Positions 26,937 through 35,005 of a DNA stretch of 64,000 nucleotides are shown here, piece by piece. The stretch's first letter is position 1. The number at the start of each line of letters is the position of its first letter. Source of the stretch: an uncultured Eubacteriales bacterium (GTDB taxonomy: Bacteria; Bacillota; Clostridia; Peptostreptococcales; Anaerovoracaceae). The notes beneath the pieces were generated by a model. That model was given only the letters and a program-made list of their open reading frames with translations, was not told where the DNA came from and did not search any database. The position numbers and the translations under genes are program-made. Location of the stretch: NCBI GenBank assembly GCA_902779185.1, contig CACZAM010000006.1, positions 6,189-70,188 of the forward strand. The letters run 5' to 3'.

Positions 26937-27052
26937 TAAATGTGTCAGGAAAGCAGTGACTCGCGGCTGGCTCGACCTAAGAATTGTTTACTACATCTTC
27001 TAACGTCAGGGAGGTGAGGCCATGGTAAATCTTTCGAAGGGAGGGACCTGAG

Positions 27053-27136
27053 ATGGTGAAGGTTACGATTACGTTCGACCGGCGGGTAGTTCGTGTAACC
27101 ATAACAATCAAAAAAGCCGTCTGCTCGCTTAACTAG
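27053..27136 (+). CDS. 27-aa small ORF MVKVTITFDRRVVRVTITIKKAVCSLN, preceded by a 9-codon ORF (27022-27051, MVNLSKGGT)
   Basis: GGGAGGG lies 7 nt upstream of ATG 27053, and GGAGGTG lies 5 nt upstream of ATG 27022. The peptide has an internal V(K/R)VTIT repeat. The stop codon sits inside the terminator hairpin. Too short for the ORF track. Confidence 0.35.
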   Translation: MVKVTITFDRRVVRVTITIKKAVCSLN

Positions 27137-27155
27137 ACGGCTCCAAGATTTTTTT
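27115..27155 (+). terminator. Hairpin + T7 terminator ending the orphan plus-strand unit
   Basis: AGCCGTCT-gctcgcttaact-AGACGGCT, then ccaagaTTTTTTT. An A6 run lies on the 5' side. Confidence 0.5.
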
Positions 27156-27356
27156 GGTTGAGTTAGTCGTTGACGAACGATGCTCTTCCTGACTCAATTA
27201 TAAGCGGCTTATGTTTAACCCGCAAGCCCTTTTCCTGTTGCTGAAGTCGCATATTTTCGCAAAAAAGCGCGCCCCTTTGCTGAAATGAGAACAGGAGCCC
27301 GTAGGCTCCCGCTCATTATGCGTACTGCTTATTGTGTCATTAGTCCCCATTGACAC

Positions 27357-28133
27357 TTACGCCAGATTAAGTCTTTTTTCCATCAGATACTTGCAGACGA
27401 AGAAGTATATTGCCGAGAAGGCTAATGTCGCTATGAATGTAGGAATGAAGATCCGGTTGAAATTCATGAATCCGTCTGTGCCGTACTCTACCTTCAGCAA
27501 CAGCGGCAGGAATGCTCTTCCGACCGATGATTCGAATATCATTATCAGAATGTATGCTCCGATCGACGCGAGGGTCGTACGGTTCGGCGCCTGATGTCCG
27601 ATTGTGATAGCTGCGTAGATCTGCATGATGGTTTTGACTATGCTTCCAATTGACAGAATCAGCACCTCGAAGAAGTACAGTCCGAAGTGTTCCGGCAGGT
27701 CGATCTCGTAGAAGACCTTGATCAGATCCCTTAGACTTAAGGCTTCTCCCGAAACGATGAGTGCGCCGATCCCGATCAGGATCCCGGTCAACACTGCCAC
27801 CAGGATCGTCACCAATATCCATATCATTGCGGATATCGCCTTGTTGCCAATGTGCGCTGAAACGCTTACCGGCAGCACGTGATTGAAGTACGCCTCATCG
27901 CCCAGCAGACTGTTGTTATATCTCTGGACTATCAGGATTATGGTCATCACGAAGATGACAGTTGCTATCGCTGTGTAGAGCAGCGCGGATATTACTACCA
28001 TGAATTCGCTTTTTGTCTCTGCCGCCTGTGCCGTCAGTCCGAGCAGCAGCGCCGTTACAGCCCATGCCGCATACAGCGGGAGCAGCTTGCGTCCCATTGC
28101 CGGGATCTCATATTTAAGAAGTTTACCTAACAT
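27357..28133 (-). CDS. ABC-2-type transporter permease-like membrane protein
   Basis: 258 aa with about 6 hydrophobic segments. It overlaps the upstream ATPase gene by 7 nt, the typical layout of YtrA-regulated ABC operons. Confidence 0.7.
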   Translation of the reverse strand: MLGKLLKYEIPAMGRKLLPLYAAWAVTALLLGLTAQAAETKSEFMVVISALLYTAIATVIFVMTIILIVQRYNNSLLGDEAYFNHVLPVSVSAHIGNKAISAMIWILVTILVAVLTGILIGIGALIVSGEALSLRDLIKVFYEIDLPEHFGLYFFEVLILSIGSIVKTIMQIYAAITIGHQAPNRTTLASIGAYILIMIFESSVGRAFLPLLLKVEYGTDGFMNFNRIFIPTFIATLAFSAIYFFVCKYLMEKRLNLA

Positions 28134-28822
28134 TTGAACACCTCCCTGAAGAGCTTGTCTATGCTTTCGCCCTTCTCTTCGCGAATCTCATCCGCCGCTT
28201 TGTGAAGGACTACTCTGCCGTCCTTGATAAACACTACGTCATCGAGCACCGATTCAACATCTGAGATCAGGTGGGTCGATATCAGCACGACCGCGTTCTC
28301 GTTGTAGTTTGAGATGATCGTTCTGAGGATGTAGTCTCTCGTTGCCGGATCGACTCCGCCGATAGGCTCATCGAGCAGATACACCTCGGCCTGCCTTGCC
28401 ATCACCAGGCAGAGCTGCAGTTTCTCTTTTGTACCCTTCGACATCTTCTTCATGGTCTGCTTGCGGTTTATGCCGAGGTCGTCTACCATGGCTTCAGCCT
28501 TTATTCGATCGAAGTCTTCGAAGAAGTCTTCGTAGATGTCCATGAGCTGCGATGCTGTCATATAGTCTGGCAGCGCGTTCCTGTCCGGCAGGTATGCCAC
28601 CACTTTCTTTGTTTCAACGCCCGGCGCGCTGCCGTTGATGGTAACGCTGCCCGATGTAGGCTGAAGCAGTCCGTTCAGTATTTTAATGAGCGTCGTCTTG
28701 CCGCTTCCGTTCGGTCCGAGCAGTCCCACGATCTGTCCCTGCTCCAGCGAGACAGTGACATCGTCAAGAGCTGTAAGATCGCCGAACTTCTTTGTAAGAT
28801 TGTTGATCTCTATTCTTGCCAT
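28127..28822 (-). CDS. ABC transporter ATP-binding protein
   Basis: Walker A GPNGSGKTT, signature MSKGTKEKL, Walker B VYLLDEP. Confidence 0.9.
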   Translation of the reverse strand: MARIEINNLTKKFGDLTALDDVTVSLEQGQIVGLLGPNGSGKTTLIKILNGLLQPTSGSVTINGSAPGVETKKVVAYLPDRNALPDYMTASQLMDIYEDFFEDFDRIKAEAMVDDLGINRKQTMKKMSKGTKEKLQLCLVMARQAEVYLLDEPIGGVDPATRDYILRTIISNYNENAVVLISTHLISDVESVLDDVVFIKDGRVVLHKAADEIREEKGESIDKLFREVFKC

Positions 28823-28837
28823 CTCTCTGCCTCCTTT

Positions 28838-29215
28838 CTATTTATCCTCAGTCATTTCTTTCATCCAGTTGTTTACGGACGTCTTTATCGCACTATCGTC
28901 CATTCCTATCTTGCGAAGCTTCTCTGTGAGTTCTTCGAAGTATTTCTTCGCAAGCTCCTCGTGCAGATCTCTAAGCACAGCTTCCTCCTTTGTAACAAAT
29001 CTCCCGCTTGTACGCTCTGAATAGACCAATCCCCTGCGTTCCAGCTCGGCAAGAGCTCTCTGCATGGTGTTTGGATTGACTCCGGCATCCACCGCCAGAT
29101 CTCTTACCGACGGAAGTTTGTCGCCGGGCGCGTATGCGTTGCTCGCGATACGCATTGTCATCTCGTCTATTATCTGAGTGTAGATAGGGATTCCATCTTT
29201 AAAATTCCATTCCAT
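28838..29215 (-). CDS. GntR-family transcriptional regulator, YtrA subfamily
   Basis: MEWNFKDGIPIYTQIIDEMTMRIASNAYAPGDKLPSVRDLAVDAGVNPNTMQRALAELERRGLVYSERTSGRFVT. Short C-terminal domain. Start at MEWNF (29215); the longest ORF starts at 29278. Confidence 0.9.
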   Translation of the reverse strand: MEWNFKDGIPIYTQIIDEMTMRIASNAYAPGDKLPSVRDLAVDAGVNPNTMQRALAELERRGLVYSERTSGRFVTKEEAVLRDLHEELAKKYFEELTEKLRKIGMDDSAIKTSVNNWMKEMTEDK

Positions 29216-29373
29216 TGTTTCGTCCCTTTTCTTTCCGCCCGTATCCCCTCTGACTTTCGAAGTTCTGTTTTTCAACATTCTTCCCGGTCTCGCGAAATTC
29301 CCCGGGCCTTACGTAGTTTCAGCGCAACGGCCGATTGCACTGTTATGTATAACGATATCGATTCATATACTTT

Positions 29374-29409
29374 TGTATTACTGTATTAACTACTTAGTAC
29401 AATAGTACA
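29374..29409. promoter_or_regulatory. Candidate YtrA-type operator: inverted repeat TGTATTACTGTA ... TACAATAGTACA
   Basis: The two 12-mers are reverse complements at 10 of 12 positions and lie ~160 nt upstream of the GntR gene. They contain GTAC-N4-GTAC. Confidence 0.35.
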
Positions 29410-29563
29410 AAGATGCTTCCCTGTCAACACCTTTTTTGGATATTTCCAGATATTTGGAGTTTGTCTTCTGCGGTAAATCGTTAACGCTACCAGAATCGTA
29501 GCATTACCACGATGGAGCGAGCTGATGCAAACTAAAAGGAGCCTCTATGAGATGATGGGAACT

Positions 29564-29603
29564 AAAAAAGGAGCAGCTGATATTGAAATCAGGGAGCTGC
29601 TCC
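29564..29603 (-). terminator. Rho-independent terminator closing the TIR island
   Basis: Minus strand GGAGCAGCT-N16-AGCTGCTCC followed by TTTTTT. It lies 28 nt after the stop of the 131-aa ORF. Confidence 0.65.
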
Positions 29604-29630
29604 CAAGCATCGTCTTTCGTGTTTAGTTGT

Positions 29631-30026
29631 TTATATAAATATTCTTTCTGAGTCTGTATCTGAACTGCCATCACGATAAGCAGTGTTCATGGTGTGTGAT
29701 TGTGAGCGGAGGTTAACGAGATGTTCAATACTCTCTACGAATCCTTGATCGCTCGTGTTCTGATAGAGAATTCTAATTGTGTCTACATGCGTGACATTCC
29801 ATGAATAGTTTCGGATCTCTCTAAGCATGCCCATATCGAGTTGGAAGCAGCTTTTCATATTATCTGCAGGCACTATTATCTCAACATTTCTACTATCTAT
29901 ATATATAGTGGCGCCCGGCAATCTCATATGAACATACTTCTCAAGCAGATCAGCATTTCTGTAACCAAAGAGATTCTCAAGATAAGCCGTAAAAACTTTA
30001 TAATACCCCTCTCTTACACCAGGCAC
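29631..30026 (-). CDS. Hypothetical protein (up to 131 aa), AT-rich island gene 3
   Basis: ORF only. No ATG exists upstream of the GTG at 30026 (in-frame TAG at 30080-30082), and the RBS is weak. An internal ATG (MRLPGATIY) is an alternative start. I recognise no motif. Confidence 0.45.
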   Translation of the reverse strand: MPGVREGYYKVFTAYLENLFGYRNADLLEKYVHMRLPGATIYIDSRNVEIIVPADNMKSCFQLDMGMLREIRNYSWNVTHVDTIRILYQNTSDQGFVESIEHLVNLRSQSHTMNTAYRDGSSDTDSERIFI

Positions 30027-30112
30027 TTCCGTTTTCAGAAGATCTTTTACATGCTCAGGATACGATGAGCGGATACTCTATAAATCTTGCAGTCTTCTAC
30101 TGTTTATCATTT

Positions 30113-31201
30113 TCATTTATCTAAACGTATATGAGCATCGTTTACCAAATCAACAATCTCAATGAAGTTGCTGTACTTATACTTGATATCTTCCAATGCA
30201 TTAGAGGAAGTAGTATTTTCTATTTCTTCCTTTACCTGCTTGAAAAGCGTTTCTTTTTCTTCATTGGTTATTGGTATGAAATAATCATATCCGGAAGACT
30301 GTAACGACCGTATCTCCATTTCCATTTCGTTTTCGAGATACTCTGTTCTGTATCCTAAAGGCTCAAGATTTGTGGTCTTTTTCTCACAGTCATATCTTCC
30401 ATGTGACCAGCCCCGTTCATTCATTGCTTTTCCGTACAGCATCTGTGCTTTTTCAAAAATTTCAATAGGGTCAGAGTTGTCACCAAATATCTTAATTCCC
30501 ATCGTGTAATCTTTAGGATATATTTTTCCTCCCGCAGCTTCAGCAATCAGGAAAGTACGGAGAGCTCTGTGTTCTGCATTTATTCTTGTCTCCTTTGAAA
30601 ACTCTTCAGGACCAGGATCCTTGTAAGCGTTCTTTAACAACATCTCTGCAATCATGCCTAAGTTCTCGTTGTTTATTTCCAGAGGGTCGTAATTATCGGT
30701 TTTTTCATTATTCCTTAAGATTGATGGTATCTTAAACCCATATGCGTTGAATGCTGTTGCATATTTGTATATATACTCTTCTTCATTCATGTTGTACTTC
30801 AGAATCGCCTGAATTGAACTCATCCTGAGCTTTAATCCACCCTTGAGTGCTGTTTCTTTTAAATATATAGCAATGATCGGCAGCTTATCATCGAGTGCAA
30901 AGTAGATTTCGTCTCTGCAGTTCTGGGATTCGACAGATTCAGGAGTAATAAACACTACAAAAAGAGTGCAGTTTTCAAGAGCATTTGCAATCTCATCTTC
31001 CCATTCGTTGCCGGGAGCTATTCCCTCGTCATACCAGATATTGTAGCCTTGTTTATTCCACCTATTGATTTCAGCAAAAACAATATCTGCGTTATTATGA
31101 GCATAGCTAACAAAAATATACGGCTCATCTCCGCGATACGCCGGAAAGGGAATTCTGCCGATTCCCGGTATCAGCTTACTATTAGATGAATTAATTTCCA
31201 T
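30113..31201 (-). CDS. TIR-domain protein (362 aa) with an unassigned ~210-aa C-terminal domain
   Basis: N-terminal PAYRGDEPYIFVSYAHNNADIVFAEINRWNKQGYNIWYDEGIAPGNEWEDEIANALENCTLFVVFITPESVESQNCRDEIYFAL is a bacterial TIR signature, including the conserved Glu (E98, codon 30908-30910). RBS GGAG lies 10 nt upstream. The C-terminal part has a GWSHGRYDCEKKT segment. Confidence 0.85.
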   Translation of the reverse strand: MEINSSNSKLIPGIGRIPFPAYRGDEPYIFVSYAHNNADIVFAEINRWNKQGYNIWYDEGIAPGNEWEDEIANALENCTLFVVFITPESVESQNCRDEIYFALDDKLPIIAIYLKETALKGGLKLRMSSIQAILKYNMNEEEYIYKYATAFNAYGFKIPSILRNNEKTDNYDPLEINNENLGMIAEMLLKNAYKDPGPEEFSKETRINAEHRALRTFLIAEAAGGKIYPKDYTMGIKIFGDNSDPIEIFEKAQMLYGKAMNERGWSHGRYDCEKKTTNLEPLGYRTEYLENEMEMEIRSLQSSGYDYFIPITNEEKETLFKQVKEEIENTTSSNALEDIKYKYSNFIEIVDLVNDAHIRLDK

Positions 31202-31349
31202 ATCTGTTTTCTCCTATCCATATAATAATTACTGCTTCAAGCGCAGAGATGTATCAAAATGTGGCATATTCTACCGGACCGCGTGCTTAGCTTCGGAGCA
31301 CACGCCCTACACGGTATTCATTATAGCAAAAGAGGCCGCTACAGCAGCC

Positions 31350-31380
31350 TTGATAATAATATTTATTCTGCACAGATTGC
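31350..31380 (-). promoter_or_regulatory. Terminator-like hairpin (31363-31380) immediately followed by an extended -10 box TGCTATAAT (31350-31358) ahead of the TIR gene
   Basis: Minus strand AGGCTGC-TGTA-GCGGCCT CTTT TGCTATAAT. An 8-bp GC-rich hairpin (31310-31334) lies in the resulting 5' UTR. Confidence 0.4.
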
Positions 31381-31386
31381 ATTTTA

Positions 31387-31656
31387 TTACAATTCCATAG
31401 CCTCCCGTTGCAGCTGTCTTAACATCTCAGCACATCGCTCAACATCCTCCAAATCTTCAGGTTCATCACCCCACCAGAGATGCTGAAGTTCGGGGCAATC
31501 CATAAGCTCTATAATACTAGAATCAAAGACATAGTTATTAAATGCATTAAGCGCTTTAATAAAAAGGCGACGGATTTCTATGTCTCCTGCCTGGAATATC
31601 GGCACTTCCCCACTTATTATCTGTTCCTGTCTTTTAGAGTATTTTGTGAAGTCCAT
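31387..31656 (-). CDS. Hypothetical 89-aa acidic protein, AT-rich island gene 1
   Basis: ORF with a strong RBS (ctaGGAGGattaacATG). No TM segment or signal peptide, and no motif I recognise. Confidence 0.6.
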   Translation of the reverse strand: MDFTKYSKRQEQIISGEVPIFQAGDIEIRRLFIKALNAFNNYVFDSSIIELMDCPELQHLWWGDEPEDLEDVERCAEMLRQLQREAMEL

Positions 31657-31864
31657 AGAGTTAATCCTCCTAGTACGATTGTACTTGAATCTCCCCTAAT
31701 AATCCGCTCCAAATATTTCTTACAGGAACATAGTAGCAGCCGCACACAGGCTCGTATAGAGAAACCCACATAAAAGAGCTTTATGAGCCATCTCAAAGAA
31801 AGCGAAAAGACCAGGCTTCGCTAAATCGTGAAACCCGGCCTTTATGTTTTACGTTGAAATGCGA

Positions 31865-32026
31865 TTAAAAATCGTCGTTCTTTTTTACCAGGCAGTATAT
31901 CCCCAGCATGAGCCACAGGACTGACGCGACAAGATACCCCCAGCTATGTCCGCGAAAGAATGACAGTAAGCATCCGATAAACGCAATGAAATAAAGTGCT
32001 GCCACCGCTTTATTGTTACTGAACAT
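31865..32026 (-). CDS. 53-aa small membrane protein (not in ORF track)
   Basis: ATGTTCAGTAACAATAAAGCG... = MFSNNKAVAALYFIAFIGCLLSFFRGHSWGYLVASVLWLMLGIYCLVKKNDDF, with two hydrophobic segments. GGAGGTG lies 8 nt upstream, 15 nt after the adh stop. Confidence 0.5.
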   Translation of the reverse strand: MFSNNKAVAALYFIAFIGCLLSFFRGHSWGYLVASVLWLMLGIYCLVKKNDDF

Positions 32027-32041
32027 GTCTGCCGCACCTCC

Positions 32042-33217
32042 TTATTTCAGGCCGGAGGCCATCATGTAGATGTTGAAGATGTCTTCGGTGTCGAGAACCC
32101 TGAAGTTGCCGATCTTACGCACATTCTGGAATGTGACTCCCAGAGCGGCAGTGCGGCAGGCTGCCTCGTCGAAGCTGAGCCCAAGGCCCTTGATGTCTGT
32201 AGGCATGTCGATCGAGCGGAAGAACGCTTCGAATTTTTCTATCGTCTTTACCGGGTCGCTTTCGCCGAATACGCCCTCGCCCAGCTTGACGAATCTTGAC
32301 GGATCGACCTCGAGCACGTATCTTGCCCATGAGCCCCAGATAGCAGCGAGCCCGGCGCCGTGCGCTACGTCGTACTCTGCTGAGAGTTCGTGCTCTATCT
32401 GGTGGCAGGCCCAGTCGCCCTTGTTGGAGTTGCCGGCCGCCATGAGTCCGTTGTGTGAGAGTGAGCCGCACCACATGAGGTTGGCTCTCGCGTCGTAGTC
32501 CTCAGGGTTTTCGAGCGCGGCAGGAGCCCACTTCATAACCTCCTTGAGGAGTGTGAATGAGAGCTGATCCGTAAAGTCGAGAGCGTAGCCCTGATGGAAG
32601 TATCTCTCGAGTGTATGCATCATGATATCTGTAGCGCCACATGCCGTCTGGTATTTTGAAACCGTTGCGGTCAGCATAGGGTCGAGCATCGCGAACTTCA
32701 CTCTTCCGAAGTCAGTGTTGACTCCTCTCTTGAAAACAGGATCGGTCTCGTCGTTGGTGATGACGGAAGAGTCGCTCATCTCAGAGCCCGTAGCTGAAAG
32801 CGTCAGCACGCAGCCGACCGGCGCTGTGCCTTCAACCTTGCGCTTGCCGCAGTAGAAGTCCCACACATCTCCGCCTCCGTATACGCCGTAGCCGATGGCC
32901 TTGGCGCTGTCGAGAACGGAGCCGCCGCCGACCGCCAGTATGAAGTCGCAGCCTTCGCTCTCGTAGAGCTTGATGCCCTTGCGGACCAGCGAGACTCTCG
33001 GGTTAGGAACAACACCGCCGAGTTCGACATACTCTATGCCGGCGTCTCTGAGCTTTTCCTCGATATCGTCCAGCAGGCCTGTCCTTCTGACCGAACCGCT
33101 CCCGAAATGAACGAGCACCTTGATCGCGCCGTAGCTCTTCAGCACTTCGCCGACCTGATCCTCGGCGCCGATGCCAAAGTATACGTGGGTAGGTGTGAAG
33201 TATTCCATAATCGCCAT
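32042..33217 (-). CDS. Iron-containing (group III) alcohol dehydrogenase
   Basis: ILAVGGGSVLDSAKAI, metal-binding His region (HTLERYF, HELSAEYDVAHGAGLA). 391 aa. Confidence 0.9.
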   Translation of the reverse strand: MAIMEYFTPTHVYFGIGAEDQVGEVLKSYGAIKVLVHFGSGSVRRTGLLDDIEEKLRDAGIEYVELGGVVPNPRVSLVRKGIKLYESEGCDFILAVGGGSVLDSAKAIGYGVYGGGDVWDFYCGKRKVEGTAPVGCVLTLSATGSEMSDSSVITNDETDPVFKRGVNTDFGRVKFAMLDPMLTATVSKYQTACGATDIMMHTLERYFHQGYALDFTDQLSFTLLKEVMKWAPAALENPEDYDARANLMWCGSLSHNGLMAAGNSNKGDWACHQIEHELSAEYDVAHGAGLAAIWGSWARYVLEVDPSRFVKLGEGVFGESDPVKTIEKFEAFFRSIDMPTDIKGLGLSFDEAACRTAALGVTFQNVRKIGNFRVLDTEDIFNIYMMASGLK

Positions 33218-33256
33218 AATGAATCTCCTTCTTTCAAATTGTGTAAACTCTGTTAT

Positions 33257-34963
33257 TTATTTTTTGTTCTCCTCGAACAGTATAGCCTCGTAAGGCTTCA
33301 TATGCATTATCTCTTCGACTTCGGCATCCGTGCGGTCCCTGTTGGTCATGCGGATCGTGAGCTCATCGAGCTCGAAGTCGCCCGGCATGATGAAATCTGC
33401 CCGCACGCCTGAGAAGTTGCCGACGATCAGGAATCGCTTGTCGCCGTAACCTCTGCTGTATGCGATGACCTGCCTGTCGTCAGGATAGTATTCGATCGTG
33501 TTGCCGTAGATAAGAGTCTCTTCGGACTTTCTGAGCGCGAGCAGCTTCTGATAGAACCTGTAGATGGATTTGCCCGCAGCCAGATCGGTCTCAACATTTA
33601 TCGTCTTATAGTCCGGATTCATGCACTGCCAAGGCTTCGCGCCTATGTTGAAGCCGGCGTTGTGCGTCGAATCCCACTGCATCGGAGTCCTCGCGTTATC
33701 CCTGGCAGCGCCCCTCATCATCCTGAATGCCAGACGTTCCGGGATATGCAGTTCCTCCGTCATCTCAAATATGAAATGCGTAACCGGGTCCTTCATCTCC
33801 TTGCGGCTCTTGAACTTCGTATTGGTCATGCCGATCTCTTCGCCCTGATAGATGAACGGCGTGCCCCAGCCGAGGAAGGTTATCATCGCCAGAAATGTGG
33901 CTGCCTCATATCTGTACTTCTTTGTGTTGATGCCGAACCTGCTGACGCTCCTCGCCTGGTCGTGGTTCTCGAGCACGAGGGTGTTCCAGCCGCTCCCGTG
34001 ATACTTCAGCTGCGGGTCGATCAGGCCGCGCTTGAACTGTCTCAGGTTGAAAGGCTTCGGTATCATCTTGAGTCCGAACGCGTTGTCCGATGTGAGGTGC
34101 TCGAAATCGAAGATGGTGTCGAGCTCACCGGACTCTTCATTTATATATCTGTGCGCGTGCTCCTCATCCGGGATGTAGGACTCGCCGACGGTGTATGTGT
34201 CGTAAAGCGAGAGCGCCTTGTCATTCAGCTCCTGGAGGAACTCGTGCATGCGCGGTCCGTCGACATAGAAAGGTGTGCCCTTCTGGAAGCGCAGCGGATT
34301 CTTGTCATCTTTGAGCGGATACACCTTCGAGATCATGTTGAACACATCGAACCTGAAGCCGTCGACTCCCTTATCGAGCCAGAAACGCAGCACATCCACC
34401 ATCTCCTCCCTGACCTTAGGGTTCTCCCAGTTGAGATCAGGCTGCTCAGGAGCAAACAGATGCAGGTAGTATTCGTCGGTTCCGAGTATTCTCTCCCATG
34501 CCGGACCTGTGAACGAGGATGTCCAGTTGGTCGGCGGTATGAGCTCGCCATCCTTGTCCTTCCTGCCCTCGCGGATTATGTAGTAGTCGCGGTAAGGGGA
34601 GTCTTTGTCGGCAAGCGCAGCCTTGAACCACGCGTGCTCGTTGCTCGTGTGATTGAACACCGCGTCCATGATCACTCTGAGGCCGCGCCTATGGCACTCG
34701 GCCACGAGCCTGTCGAAGTCCTCCATAGTTCCGAACGAAGGATGGATCGATTTATAGTCGGCTATGTCGTAGCCGTAGTCTTTCCACGGCGAATCATATA
34801 GCGGCGAGAACCAGATGGCTGTCGCCCCGAGATCCCTGATGTAGTCGAGCTTCGAGATGATGCCGGGGATGTCGCCTATGCCGTCATTATTCGAATCCAT
34901 GAAGCTGAGCGGATATATCTGATAGACTACCGCTTCTTTATACCAATTGGTCTTTACAGACAT
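33257..34963 (-). CDS. GH13 alpha-glucosidase / oligo-1,6-glucosidase family
   Basis: WYKEAVVYQIYPLSFMDSNNDGIGD, GVDGFRFDVFNMI, YQGEEIGMTN, ENHDQARS. 568 aa. Confidence 0.9.
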   Translation of the reverse strand: MSVKTNWYKEAVVYQIYPLSFMDSNNDGIGDIPGIISKLDYIRDLGATAIWFSPLYDSPWKDYGYDIADYKSIHPSFGTMEDFDRLVAECHRRGLRVIMDAVFNHTSNEHAWFKAALADKDSPYRDYYIIREGRKDKDGELIPPTNWTSSFTGPAWERILGTDEYYLHLFAPEQPDLNWENPKVREEMVDVLRFWLDKGVDGFRFDVFNMISKVYPLKDDKNPLRFQKGTPFYVDGPRMHEFLQELNDKALSLYDTYTVGESYIPDEEHAHRYINEESGELDTIFDFEHLTSDNAFGLKMIPKPFNLRQFKRGLIDPQLKYHGSGWNTLVLENHDQARSVSRFGINTKKYRYEAATFLAMITFLGWGTPFIYQGEEIGMTNTKFKSRKEMKDPVTHFIFEMTEELHIPERLAFRMMRGAARDNARTPMQWDSTHNAGFNIGAKPWQCMNPDYKTINVETDLAAGKSIYRFYQKLLALRKSEETLIYGNTIEYYPDDRQVIAYSRGYGDKRFLIVGNFSGVRADFIMPGDFELDELTIRMTNRDRTDAEVEEIMHMKPYEAILFEENKK

Positions 34964-35005
34964 TTGAAGTCCTTTCTTTTAGCAAAATGTGTGGCGCGCT
35001 CTGTT

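Noticed and set aside
26937-27020. The start of the orphan transcript (GUGUCAGGAAAGCAGUGAC) looked slightly like SRP/4.5S RNA domain IV.
   Set aside because: The conserved GGUCC...GGAAGCAGCC symmetric and asymmetric loop context is absent. The region is followed by two ORFs with strong SD sites. Left as an unassigned sRNA/sORF candidate.
29841-30068. A plus-strand 75-aa ORF inside the TIR island.
   Set aside because: It is antisense to the 131-aa ORF, Ile/Tyr/Ser-rich as expected for AT-rich shadow frames, and has no RBS.
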